Part shown: in pieces, positions 1 through 29,800 of the stretch
How the letters are laid out: each line of letters opens with the position of its first letter
Numbering within the stretch: position 1 is the first letter of the stretch
Assembly: GCA_002269645.1 (NCBI GenBank)
Contig: NIVC01001444.1
Location: 186,001-250,000, forward strand
Direction: 5' to 3'
Source of the DNA: Macrostomum lignano
Lineage: Eukaryota
Length of the DNA: 64,000 bases
The notes under the pieces: generated by a model
What the model was told of the DNA's origin: nothing
The model's database searches: none
What the model saw: the letters and a program-made list of their open reading frames with translations, nothing else
Made by a program: the position numbers and the translations under genes

Positions 1-296
1 ATTGGTAGATTAAATAGGTAGATTGGTAGATTAAATAGTTAGATTGGTAGATTAGATTGGTAGATTGGTAGATTAAATAGGTAGATTGGTAGATTAAATA
101 GGTAGATTGGTAGATTAGATAGGTAGATTGGTAGATTAAATAGGTAGATTGGTAGATTAAATAGGTAGATTGGTAGATTAAATAGGTAGATTGGTAGATT
201 AAATAGGTAGATTGGTAGATTAAATAGGTAGATTGGTAGATTGGTAGATTAAATAGGTAGATTGGTAGATTAAATAGGTGGACTGGTAGATTAAAG
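1..296. repeat. 21-bp minisatellite ATTGGTAGATTAAATAGGTAG
   Basis: Direct tandem units. Confidence 0.95.
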
Positions 297-391
297 GTAG
301 AACTGATAGCTAGAATGAAGAGCAGAGTAGATAGTACAGATCATGACAGCCCAGCCAGCCATCGCAGCATCGCAGAATCATCAAAGCTCAC

Positions 392-18891
<18,500 letters not shown>

Positions 18892-21152
18892 ATTGTTATT
18901 TGACGTTTTCTTGCTTTAGTTAAGGTATAAATTTCTAGTTTTCACGAAGCTATAGCGTAAACGATGTCGATGGCAAGTCGAATCTAGTCGATAGGTATAA
19001 GTTTGTTCAGCGTATGTTGTTTAGGTTTAAGTAATTTCTTTGAAAATGACGATAACTTATTAAAAATTAAAACAAAGAATTCATTAACTTACCTTTTTTG
19101 ATTAATTTTTGGATAATTTTGTGTCTGCTCTTCACAGGTTGCTTTATTCTGCTGTATTGCTTTTTAAAAAGTAAATACGTGCAACTTTGAATTAAATTTT
19201 CCGACCATAATCGTTTATACCATACAACTATTAAACCAAATACTATACATGTACTCGTATCTTATCGTATATCTATACTTTTAGACACTCAGGAAATGAA
19301 TTTGCATCCAGTAGTTAGAGTAAAGCGTAGATACAATAAAAAGCTGTATGGTCGTCCCATTCCTCTACTTTCAGTAAACGATTGTGTTTTTTGTTGAATA
19401 ATTTCTTATTTCAAGTGCATCAACCAACCTCGTAGGTTCCTTCTTAGTTGACAGTTGGTATTGCATAGTTTCCAAATTGGGTTTATGGTGCTGACAGCTC
19501 ACGTTGTGCATAAATTCACACGCATTGGTTTCTTTTATGGACTTTTTTGTTGATTTTATTGCACGTACAAGTGACTAATTAATTTATTATGCCTCCATGA
19601 GTGTCATTATCTCTAAATCAAGTAATTTCGACAGCGCTAACTTTTGGCAAAATTATATGTAATTTATATTTGTGTACATGTACGTGTACAAAAACGGAAC
19701 TTTCGACTCCATGCATTATAATTTCGCAGTTATTTTATACCACATCGCTCTTGTATCAGCATGAAAACAAAAATAACATGCGCCAATCAGTAACGCAGTT
19801 CGGCCTTCAATTATAACGGGCCTTTGCATGGTTGCTGTATTTTTAAGGATTTATACAGAACGCTTTGGGAATTAAGGCCGACCAGCTATTACATGTATGC
19901 CTGACTGGACTCGCAGCTGCCTGCTTCATGCTGCATATACACACACACTGTAGATGCTAATCGTAGCGGAAGTTGTCCGTTTCTATATAGTGAGTCAATG
20001 ACAGATGAGTCCCCTCTCGATGCCAAAACCAATTGTCTGGAGGTTTTTGAGCTGACTCACGTAAATTAGCTATGCATATTAGCTGCAATACATGTGTGGT
20101 AGGAGCTAGTACGATCATTTACATGTACATTGGATAGTATTTGGTTTATACATGTGTGAACTGTTTAGTTCTTATCACTGTGAGTGTCAGGCACTACACA
20201 TTTTATGATGCGTATGCTGTGCTTCCACAAGTTAAGCTTTACCCCAGAAGCTGCAGAGTGTTGGTGGCAAAAAAATCCCAGACTACCTCAGAAAGAATGG
20301 AAGAAGAAAGTCAACCCGCAAGGACTGAAAGCCAGAGAAAGCGACTAAAAGCGAGAGCTCATAGCAGAAAATTGAGTCTCTTAGCCACGTACAAGGCACA
20401 AGCCGTATTGGGCCGACAATGGAGAGATAGCTCAGCGAGGGGGAAGGGGTTAGAGAGCCTATGCCTCCCCTTTGCATCCGGCCTCTGTATAGCCCCCCAT
20501 GCCATTCACACAGCAGCCCCACAAGCAATGAACAAAATACCCCCCCCTCCGGTCAATTTTAGTCATACAGAGAGAGGCGCGGATCATTAAGGCCTGGGAG
20601 TGTTGGGGCGCTTAGAGGAGAGAGAAAGATCGCCAGCTCAGATCTTGAAGGGTAACGCGCTGTGAGCTGCATGGACCAGCCGATAGATCAGCATAACAGC
20701 CGCATTATCTGTGCCTTGCAGCCCGGGCACTGCGGTCATGAGGGGTTGGGGAGCGGACTCAGGACAGTGCAGGGGTCGCGACGGAGGTCAGCTATTTCCT
20801 GAAGACAGGAATTATAGCGGTCATTTCAATTGTGCACAGCTAGCCCTTGCCTCACATTCTTCTTTTTCTTTCCTTTCAATCATGCAGATTAGTTTCTTTC
20901 GTAGACAATTTATCCCGAGTTAAATATTGAAAAATACTCGTATAGAGTGCTAAGATATTTTGTATATGTTAACTAATATGTGCAGATTTAGTATGAAAAG
21001 CTAGCACTCTGTACCCTTCCCCCCGGGGATTCAATTATAAGGCAAAAACCTCTCTTTGCAAGAAAACTATAGGACTGAAAGGTCAACTGAGATTTTAATA
21101 ACTTCAAGCACTTATAATGCAGCTATGGTTGAAGGTACAGTAGGTTCTTGAT

Positions 21153-21848
21153 GGGCTTAGATAGGGTAGACCCGAGTTTAGATAGAGTAGACATGTGTCT
21201 AGATAGAGCAGACACGGGGTTAGATAGAGTAGACACTGGTTTAGATAAATTAGACACTGGTTTAGATAGAGTAGACACGGGTTTCGATAGAGTAGACACG
21301 GGTTTAGATAGAGTAGACACGGGTTTCGATAGAGTAGACACTGGTTTAGATAGATCGGGAGTAGAAACGGGTTTCGATAGAGTAGACACGGGTTTAGATA
21401 GAGTAGACACGGGTTTCGATAGAGTAGACACTGGTTTAGATAGATCGGGAGTAGAAACGGGTTTCGATAGAGTAGACACGGGTTTAGTTACAGTTGACAC
21501 GGGTTTAGATAGAGTAGACACGGGTTTCGATAGAGTAGACACGGGTTTAGATAGAGTAGACACGGGTTTCGATAGAGTAGACACTGGTTTAGATAGATCG
21601 GGAGTAGAAACGGGTTTCGATAGAGTAGACACGGGTTTAGTTACAGTAGACACGGGTTTAGATAGAGTAGACCTGGGTTTAGATAGAGTAGACACGGGTT
21701 TAGATAGAGTAGACATGGGTTTAGATATAGAGTAGACGATCGTTTAGATAGAGTAGACACGGGTTTAGATATAGAGTAGACGATCGTTTAGATAGAGTAG
21801 ACATGGGTTTAGATAGAGTAGACACTGGTTTAGATAAAGTAGACACGA
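21153..21848. repeat. 21-bp minisatellite GATAGAGTAGACACGGGTTTA
   Basis: Direct tandem units. Confidence 0.95.
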
Positions 21849-22344
21849 GTTCAATCAAACTTGCAAAAGTCGCCACTCCAAAACAGACCTATCAACTCGG
21901 GCTAATTATGTTATTATTGTACCATGATAAGCCGAAAAAGCAACTTAAAGAGTTTGCTAGCTATCGCCACGCCCAGTTTTATCCCAGCAATGCTAAAGAC
22001 AAGCGGATGCTTCAGTATAGCCTAGTAATACACTTAGGCAATGCACTAAGCTGCGACAGATGATGACAAGCGAAGCGAGGGAAGCCTCAGATATGGAAAT
22101 TGAGAAGCTAAAAAAATCGAAATTCTCATGGGAGCGCGAGCTGCTGCAGTTTGCTTGAACCTGCCGTGAGGAACCTGGCTAGCGTGGCTATACATCAACC
22201 GAACAGATTTAATTATGCCAGGCCACATCTGGCTTGCAAGGCTTGTGGCTATGCGCCTTTCTCTTCTATTCCGACAGAGTTGGCATTACTAATAATGTAG
22301 TGGGATGGAAGCAGAGGCTGTGCTGTTGTAGTGTACTTGGATAG

Positions 22345-23567
22345 TATGGTGCTTGGAGAGGCTGTAATACGGATGTTTGACGGAGGAGGCGGCGGCTGGG
22401 ACTAAAGAGAAGGGACTAAAGACGGGTTGCCTTCTTGTCATGTAATACGGTGCTTGGAGAGGCTGTAGTAGGGTGCTTGGAGAGGCTGTAGTAGGGTGCT
22501 TGGAGAGGCTGTAGGAGGGTGCTTGGAGAGGCTGTAGGAGGGTGCTTGAAGAGGCTGTAGGAGGGTGCTTGGAGAGGCTGTAGTATGGTGCTTGGAGAGG
22601 CTGTAGTAGGGTGCTTGGAGAGGCTGTAGTAGGGTGCTTGGAGAGGCTGTAGGAGGGTGCTTGGAGAGGCTGTAGGAGGGTGCTTGGAGAGGCTGTAGGA
22701 GGGTGCTTGGAGAAGCTGTAGGAGGGTGCTTGGAGAGTCTGTAGTAGGGTGCTTGGAGAGGCTGTAGTAGGGTGCTTGGAGAGGCTGTAGGAGGGTGCTT
22801 GAAGATGCTGTAGGAGGGTGCTTGGAGAGGCTGTAGTAGGGTGCTTGGAGAGGCTGTAGTAGGGTGCTTGGAGAGGCTGTAGGAGGGTGCTTGGAGAGGC
22901 TGTAGGAGGGTGCTTGGAGAGGCTGTAGTAGGGTGCTTGGAGAGGCTGTAGTAGGGTGCTTGGAGAGGCTGTAGGAGGGTGCTTGGAGAGTCTGTAGGAG
23001 GGTGCTTGGAGAGTCTGTAGTAGGGTGCTTGGAAAGGCTGTAGGAGGATGCTTGGAGAGTCTGTAGGAGGATGCTTGGAGAAGCTGTAGGAGGGTGCTTG
23101 GAGAGGCTGTAGGAGGATTCTTGGAGAGGCTGTGGGAGGGTGCTTAAAGAGGCTGTAGGAGGGTGCTTGGAGAGGCTGTAGGAGGATTCTTGGAGAGGCT
23201 GTAGGAGGGTGCTTGGAGAGTCTGTAGGAGGGTGCTTGGAGAGTCTGTAGGAGGGTGCTTGGAGAGTCTGTAGGAGGGTGCTTGGAGAGTCTGTAGGAGG
23301 ATGCTTGGAGAAGCTGTAGGAGGATTCTTGGAGAGGCTGTAGGAGGGTGCTTGGAGAGGCTGTAGGAGGGTGCTTGGATAGGCTGTAGGAGGGTGCTTGA
23401 AGAGTCTGTAGGAGGGTGCTTGAAGAGGCTGTAGGAGGGTGCTTGGAGAGTCTGTAGGAGGATGCTTGGAGAAGCTGTAGGAGGGTGCTTGGATAGGCTG
23501 TAGGAGGGTGCTTGAAGAGGCTGTAGGAGGGTGCTTGGAGAGGCTGTAGGAGGGTGCTTGGAGAGGC
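22345..23567. repeat. 23-bp minisatellite TTGGAGAGGCTGTAGGAGGGTGC
   Basis: Direct tandem units. Confidence 0.95.
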
Positions 23568-25819
23568 TAGTCACTAGAAGAGGTTGCTTGCATTCAGGCA
23601 TAAAGGAAAATTTAGCCCACAGGATGCGAGAATTCCGCTCCATCCAGTTGCTAGGCCAGGCTGATCCCAGCTCGCCCTAATGCCAATTTGGCGTGAGTCG
23701 CCGAATAAAAAAAACAGGGGAAACTCGGGTGAATGAATGGGAGAAAAATCGATCTGAACCTCTCATTCCTACTCTCCCCCGCTGCAATCTGCTGCCGACA
23801 ATGGGGGGGGGGCGAGCAAAGAAATGATGAAGATTGAATTTTCTTAGCATTAAGAGTTTTAATTTTCCCTCAGACTAAAAATGGATCCCCACACCGGGAG
23901 CCGGAGATTCCGGGTCAGACTAAAACCCATCTCCCTAGGATGCGGAGATAGGAAAGTAAAAGTACAGCCTGGCATTGAGTAGTATTCCCATTTGCTCTTT
24001 CGCTCATCCTCAGATGCCCAGTCCACATTCCCAGCTCGCCAGCTCAAAGCTTAGCGGAGGGAGGCTGGGCGGGGCTGCTGCTGAGTTCCGCAGAATTTGA
24101 GACAGCCAAAAACAGCAGAGAGAGGGAGGGATAGTGAAAGGCCGTTGGGGGCAGATTGGGATTTCATTCGATCGCAGCCTCCGTCCCTTGTCCCCAGTTT
24201 TTGCATACACACACACAAGCAGGGGATGCAGATAAGCGACAGTTGCTGGGGGCAATGAGGATTTTTTATTTACTCGGCCCGCATAGTTGCTATGCAATGT
24301 TCGACTCGCTTTCAGCATTAGCTTTTCCCGCATCCGTACGAGCTTCATCAACTCCTTCAACCAGCTAGCTACATCGCTGATTCGACTCCAGTCTCTCCTC
24401 TCCTCCCCAAAATGCACACTGGCTGCAGTGCTGCGCGTGTTTCCAAACTGCGCACTTGACACGTACGAGAGGAGGCCGAAGGGTTTGGCGGAGGAGGCTG
24501 CGGCTGGGACTAAAGGGAAGGGACTAAAGACGGGTTGCCTTCTTGTCATGGCGCTCCTCTCCGGCAGCAGTATTCTCACCCAAACCTGCGCGCCAAGGTA
24601 GCAAGCAGGGAGAGGGAGAGCTAAAGGGAAAATTATCCCCCACTCCTCTAGGACTATAGGACGGCGCGCTCAGGTGCAGAGGCGACAAGAGACAGAGAGA
24701 AGAAAAACTGGCTGGGGTGAGGGAAGGCATGACTGAATTGGGAATAGACGGTGGGAGAATTGAGGTGGATGGCAAGAGCGAGAGAGAGAGAACGGAGAAA
24801 TCGACACGGGAATGAAATGAGGCCATCATCTGGAGGCGGATTAGTTTTAGCTGCCCAAGGAAAGCAACTGGGGGGGGGGGAGATGTAGCGGAGGCTGACT
24901 GGGTGGCAACAGGACAGCCGGGGGCCACCCGGGAACAGCACAAGGTAAGGCAGCAAACAACAATAGAGCGATGAAGCTCAGAAAGGCAGCTCAGCCCTCA
25001 CTGCTCAGGCCGGGAGGCAGTAAGGGTTAGCGGATCGCGCAGCGACCAAAGTCAACAGACAAGCACGGCAGCGGATGAAGCTGAGCTCTCCCAGCCTCCC
25101 CTACTCCCTTCTATCTCTCTTGACTGTAAAATCGCTATTCTTCCACAATGCACACAGTTGATTTTTCAAGTCTACCATACATATATTAGCCAACAAGAAG
25201 TGCGCGCAGACACCGGATCCGCTAACGCTCACGGGCAATAAATCAATGGCTTTAGGTGCAGAGCGGCCCAGGAGTGAGATCTGGACAGTTGGCTAATAAA
25301 TAAGTAATGAATTAGAGTGGACAAAAGGATAGTGCAAAGAAATGCAACTCATTTCTGATTTGGTGCTTTTAATTTGGATCGGGACTCGCATAGTCCGATC
25401 AGAATCTATTGCGTTCGTTAAGTTATATTATATTGGTTATTCTGCATAGCTGCATGCTTTTGTACGCTTTTCTTAGTACACAGGAATATGCAGTGCAAAT
25501 TAGAAAACTTTTTATTCGGGTGTGTAAAGACAAAGTGGACAAAAACACAGAGATTTAACGCTTTCAATATAGAAAAAAACAAGACTAGATGACCAGCTGT
25601 CACAGTTGACTAAAAGCGTACAAATAATTAATTAATGCTGCAACAGAAGTACATCAAGTCCGGTCACGTACAAGAAAAAAGACAATTAATAAGCTGGGAG
25701 CAGCAACCAAAGCTCACCACAAGGACCCAGAAGCTAACTACGTATCCAGGACTTCCTAGCAGTGTCGTATGCAGAAATTTCAATTGGAAGGGCGCCAATA
25801 TTTGGTGTCTTGGTGGGTG

Positions 25820-26412
25820 CCCCAATCTCCTAGGTAGACACCTCAATCTCCTAGGTAGACACCCCAATCTCCTAGGTAGACACCCCAATCTCCTAGGTAG
25901 ACACCCAAATCTCCTAGGTAGACACCCCAATCTCCTAGGTAGACACCTCAATCTCCTAGGTAGACAACTCAATCTAGGTAGACAGCTCAATCTCCTAGGT
26001 AGACACCCGAATCTCCTAGGTAGACACCCCATTCTCCTAGGTAGACACCCGAATCTCCTAGGTAGACACCCCATTCTCCTAGGTAGACACCTCAATCTCC
26101 TAGGTAGACACCCCATTCTCCTAGGTAGACACCTCAATCTCCTAGGTAGACACCCGAATCTCCTAGGTAGACACCCCATTCTCCTAGGTATACACCCCAA
26201 TCTCCTAGGTAGACACCCCATTCTCCTAGGTAGACACCCCAATCTCCTAGGTAGGCGCCCCAATCTCCTAGGTAGACACCTCAATCTCCTAGGTAGGCGC
26301 CCCAATCTCCTAGGTAGGCGCCCCAATCTCCTAGGTAGACACCCCAATCTCCTAGGTAGGCGCCCCAATCTCCTAGGTAGACACCCCAATCTCCTAGGTA
26401 GGCGCCCCGATC
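25820..26412. repeat. 21-bp minisatellite CTCCTAGGTAGACACCCCAAT
   Basis: Direct tandem units. Confidence 0.95.
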
Positions 26413-27478
26413 TCTTTGGCAGTGGTCCTTGACTTCCAGTGGTCCTTGGTCTCTCTCTCTCTGTCTCTCTCTCTTTTGTTGGACCCGTTTTAACAGGCGG
26501 GCGGAAATCGATGCGTTCGGAGCCGACAATGTGAACGGCTCGTCATGCGAAGTGCGGCGGCGATGCACTGCTGCTTCAGAGACGCCTTGAGTTCAAAATC
26601 TGGACTGGCAGCAGAGCACTTTACTGGACCGTTTTGGGATGATTTCAAGCTGATTGTATTTTTCCAATTTGCAGATGCTTTTTACAGTCTAGCACTTGGA
26701 AACGGAATACTTTAAAATTTAAAAGACAATCAGCAATTCTGCGAATCTGTGTTAATTACGGGTCAATTGGGGGTGGAATTATATTGTAGTATCGGTTGTA
26801 CTGAAGTAGCCAAACGGCCCAGGCAGTGTGCTCATTGGCCGCGTCAAAAGCATTTTAGGCCTGCCCCACTTTTTTGTAGCATCGATTTCGCACGATTCCG
26901 AATATATAGGAATTATAGAATTATTCACCTACTCGTATTGCGATGAGTAAATTCACACTGATTAATAAATAACAGTACATTTCCGCATTTGTTAAATTGG
27001 TGTAACAACGCTTCTAAGAAAATGAATTTTTATTCGACAAAAAGTACAAAATGGACATTAATTAAGCTGAGAACGGGTGCATAAATACAAAAAACGTATA
27101 GAAGTGCATACTGCTTCGGGAATATTGTATATTTCAGATCAGAGTATTAATTAGCTCGTATGTCGCCCAATTTTTGTGGAATCAGACAGTTTTATAAAGC
27201 AACATCGAAAAAAGCTTACATTTTCACAGAAAGCAGGCATTACCAAAGATGAGTAAAAATTTTGTTAACGGCAACGACAAAGCTTGGAATTCCAAAACTT
27301 ACCAGCTCGAAAATTGACTTAGCACATAGACTGTCGTTTTAGCTGCTATTTTAAGTACAAAGAGACGTACCTCTGACCTTTATTCTGATCTTTTCAAATC
27401 GTCCAAATTGTGCTCAAACACTGCTGTCTATGGAACTCATTAAATTGGATGTCCTTAGGATGTCCGTCCGTTGCCTGG

Positions 27479-29305
27479 TCAGTCTGTGCTGACACCGACG
27501 TAGCCTTCTTCGTCACGCTTGGCTGCGCAGCACAGATACATGGCCACGATCAGAGAGAAGAGCTGCGGTCGCGTGGCCGGGTTTTGATTCAATTAGTTTT
27601 GAGATTAGTTTAGTGGGTTCCTAGCTAAACAGGTTGGATTCCAGTTGGTCATGATGGAGGTTGGATTCCAGTTGGTCATGGAGGTTGGATTCCAGTTGGT
27701 CATGATGGAGGTTGGATTCCAGTTGGTCATGATGGAGGTTGGATTCCAGTTTTTTTTAGAGGCAGGGGGGTTGTGTGCACCCTGGCGCACTTTAAGCGAC
27801 ATAGGCACACAACCGGCGAGAGGCATTACTGCCCATTCCGCCGACTCCCCTGAGCAGGCATACAAGCGCGCGGATACGTACGCAGGCACACACTCACACA
27901 GGAGTGTACAGCGGCCCTAACTTTATTTTATCGTTAGGCATGTACACTTCACTGCGCCTTGGGGGGGGGGGTTGGCTCAAGGCCGTTAATTGCACGAGCA
28001 GAGCCAAGCCGAGATTCCAATTCAGCCCCAAATTAATGTGACTGCACTTGGAATCGAGCCTGGGTCGCTGGCACACCAGAGCAGCTGCGCTACCGCTAGG
28101 CTACGGCCCCCCTTGGATTCCAGTTGGTCATGCAGGTTGGATTCCAGTTGGTTATGGAGATTGGATTCCAGTTGGTTATGGAGGGTGGATTCCAGTTGGT
28201 TATGGAAGTTGGATTCTATATGGTTACGGGGGTTCATTAAGTTTCAAAAGCCAAGGAGTTTGGACTTTTTGTACACATGTGATTGCTAATTACGGCTGGG
28301 TCTTGTTTAATAAGTTGATTTATTGATTTTTTCATCTGACACAGACAAGTAAATCTGACCTCAACTGCAGCGATGCTCAGAACGGTGATGAGAACCCACA
28401 GCGACTGGGCTAGAATCTTGCCAATGCAACCCTGAAAGGTGCATGACGGTATTCATTATTTATGATTTAGCAAAATATCAAACTAAAGAAAGCAATTTAA
28501 GCAAATGTGAGGCTAGCCATCCAGCTGACCTGCGTGAACAGGGTGCCATCGTCGGCTTTGCAGAACTGCGCCGGCACCTGCTGGTCGATGTAGTCGGCCG
28601 TGCCGTTGGCGCCGCAACAGCGCAGCGACTTCTGGGCCCATTTGGCCGTGTCCGGGATGCTTGTTAGATTCCAGTTCTTGATGTTGTTTCGGAACTCGTT
28701 GATGATGAAGTTTTTCACCTTGGGGGATAAACGGTTCGATTGGCCAATCAGAATTAGGTGGGGAAATGCTTAATGAGAGACCTGGCTGGAGGAGTGAGGT
28801 GGGTGGAGGAATGGGTCGGTGGAAAAGTGGGGTGGGTGAAGGAGTGGGATGAGTAGAGGAGTGAGGTGGGTAGAGGAGTGGAGGTGGGTAGAGGAGTGAT
28901 GTGGGTGAAGGAGTGAGGTGGGTAGAGGAGTGAGGTGGGTAGAGGAGTGAGGTGGGTAGAGGAGTGGGGTTGGTAGACGAGTGAGGTGGATGAAAGTGTC
29001 ACGTGACTCAGGCGTTCTCTCACCTCGGTGTCCATCTGCCGCACGTACAAATAGAGTCCGCCGCCAATCTCCACGCCGCAGATGATGAGCAGGCAGATGA
29101 AGAACGAGCCAAGCAGGCAGGGCGACTCATGGATGGCTCCACAGCAGCCGAAGGCTGACACAAGGGCCGTGACGCCGCCGATCGCCATCACAACGAATAG
29201 GGCGATTTCCACAGTCAGCTTGTTGCCGGAATTCTCGCGCAGGAGCACCATGCTGGCGTCGAAGTACAGGTACAGCGACAGGGCCATGATGGCCAGGCCA
29301 GCCAG
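27479..29305 (-). CDS. Tetraspanin (5'-incomplete; exon encoding the N-tail and start of TM1 not located)
   Basis: Exons 29305-29024 (LAGLAIMALSLYLYFD...FGCCGAIHESPCLLGSFF...QMDTE), 28718-28530 (EC2 with CCG motif: KSLRCCGANG...FCKADDG), 28431-28360 (GCIGKILAQSLWVLITVLSIAAVE), 27562-27479 (LFSLIVAMYLCCAAKRDEEGYVGVSTD*). All are phase 0, GT-AG. Shows the FGCCGA inner-loop motif, the EC2 CCG and four hydrophobic segments. AATAAA on the minus strand at about 27384-27379. Confidence 0.92.
27631..28225. repeat. 24/27-bp minisatellite GGTTGGATTCCAGTTGGTYATG(ATG)GA split by a SINE
   Basis: Arms at 27631-27750 and 28113-28225. Confidence 0.9.
27750..28112 (-). mobile_element. tRNA-derived SINE, full length (about 360 bp)
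   Basis: Minus-strand head GGGGCCGTAGCCTAGCGGTAGCGC (A box) and GGCTCGATTCC (B-box variant), A8 tail, flanked by TTGGATTCCAGTT direct repeats. The body matches 36439-37002. Confidence 0.8.
28788..28990. repeat. 17-bp minisatellite GAGGAGTGAGGTGGGTA
   Basis: Direct tandem units. Confidence 0.88.
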
Positions 29306-29449
29306 CTATAGGTGGGAGATCGGCGGATTGTACTTTGAATTAATTGGCGAATACTTTAATAGATTGGCTCACGAATTTAGAAATTCAATAATATATCAGA
29401 GTTGAAAACAGGTTGATTTTGATCCAAATAATTACAACTGATACCTAAT

Positions 29450-29800
29450 TTCAGCTCCGTCCAGCCTCATCACATCAGCTCCACCTAGCCTAATCACATC
29501 AGCTCCATCCAGCCTCATCACATCAGATCCCATTCAGCCTCATCACATCAGATCCCATTCAGCCTCATCACATCAGATCCCATCCAGCCTCATCACATCA
29601 GCTCCATACAGCCTCATCATATCAGCTCCATCCAACCTCATCACATCAGCTCCATCCGGACTCACTGAATCAGATCCCATCCAGCCTCATCACATCAGCT
29701 CCATACAGCCTCATATCAGCTCCATCCAACCTCATCACATCAGCTCCATCCGGACTCACTGAATCAGATCCCATTCAGCCTCATCACATCAGATCCCCAT
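29450..29800. repeat. 24-bp minisatellite CAGCTCCATCCAGCCTCATCACAT
   Basis: Direct tandem units. Confidence 0.92.

Noticed and set aside
24010-24601. 189-aa minus-strand ORF with a helical-looking segment, and a possible terminal exon (LVEGVDEARTDAGKANAESESNIA*) followed by AATAAA
   Set aside because: No family motif was recognised and no linkable upstream exon was found; it needs RNA-seq or a homology search before it can be called.
26430-26620. GC-rich exon-like stretch on the minus strand
   Set aside because: No recognisable protein and no consistent pair of splice sites.
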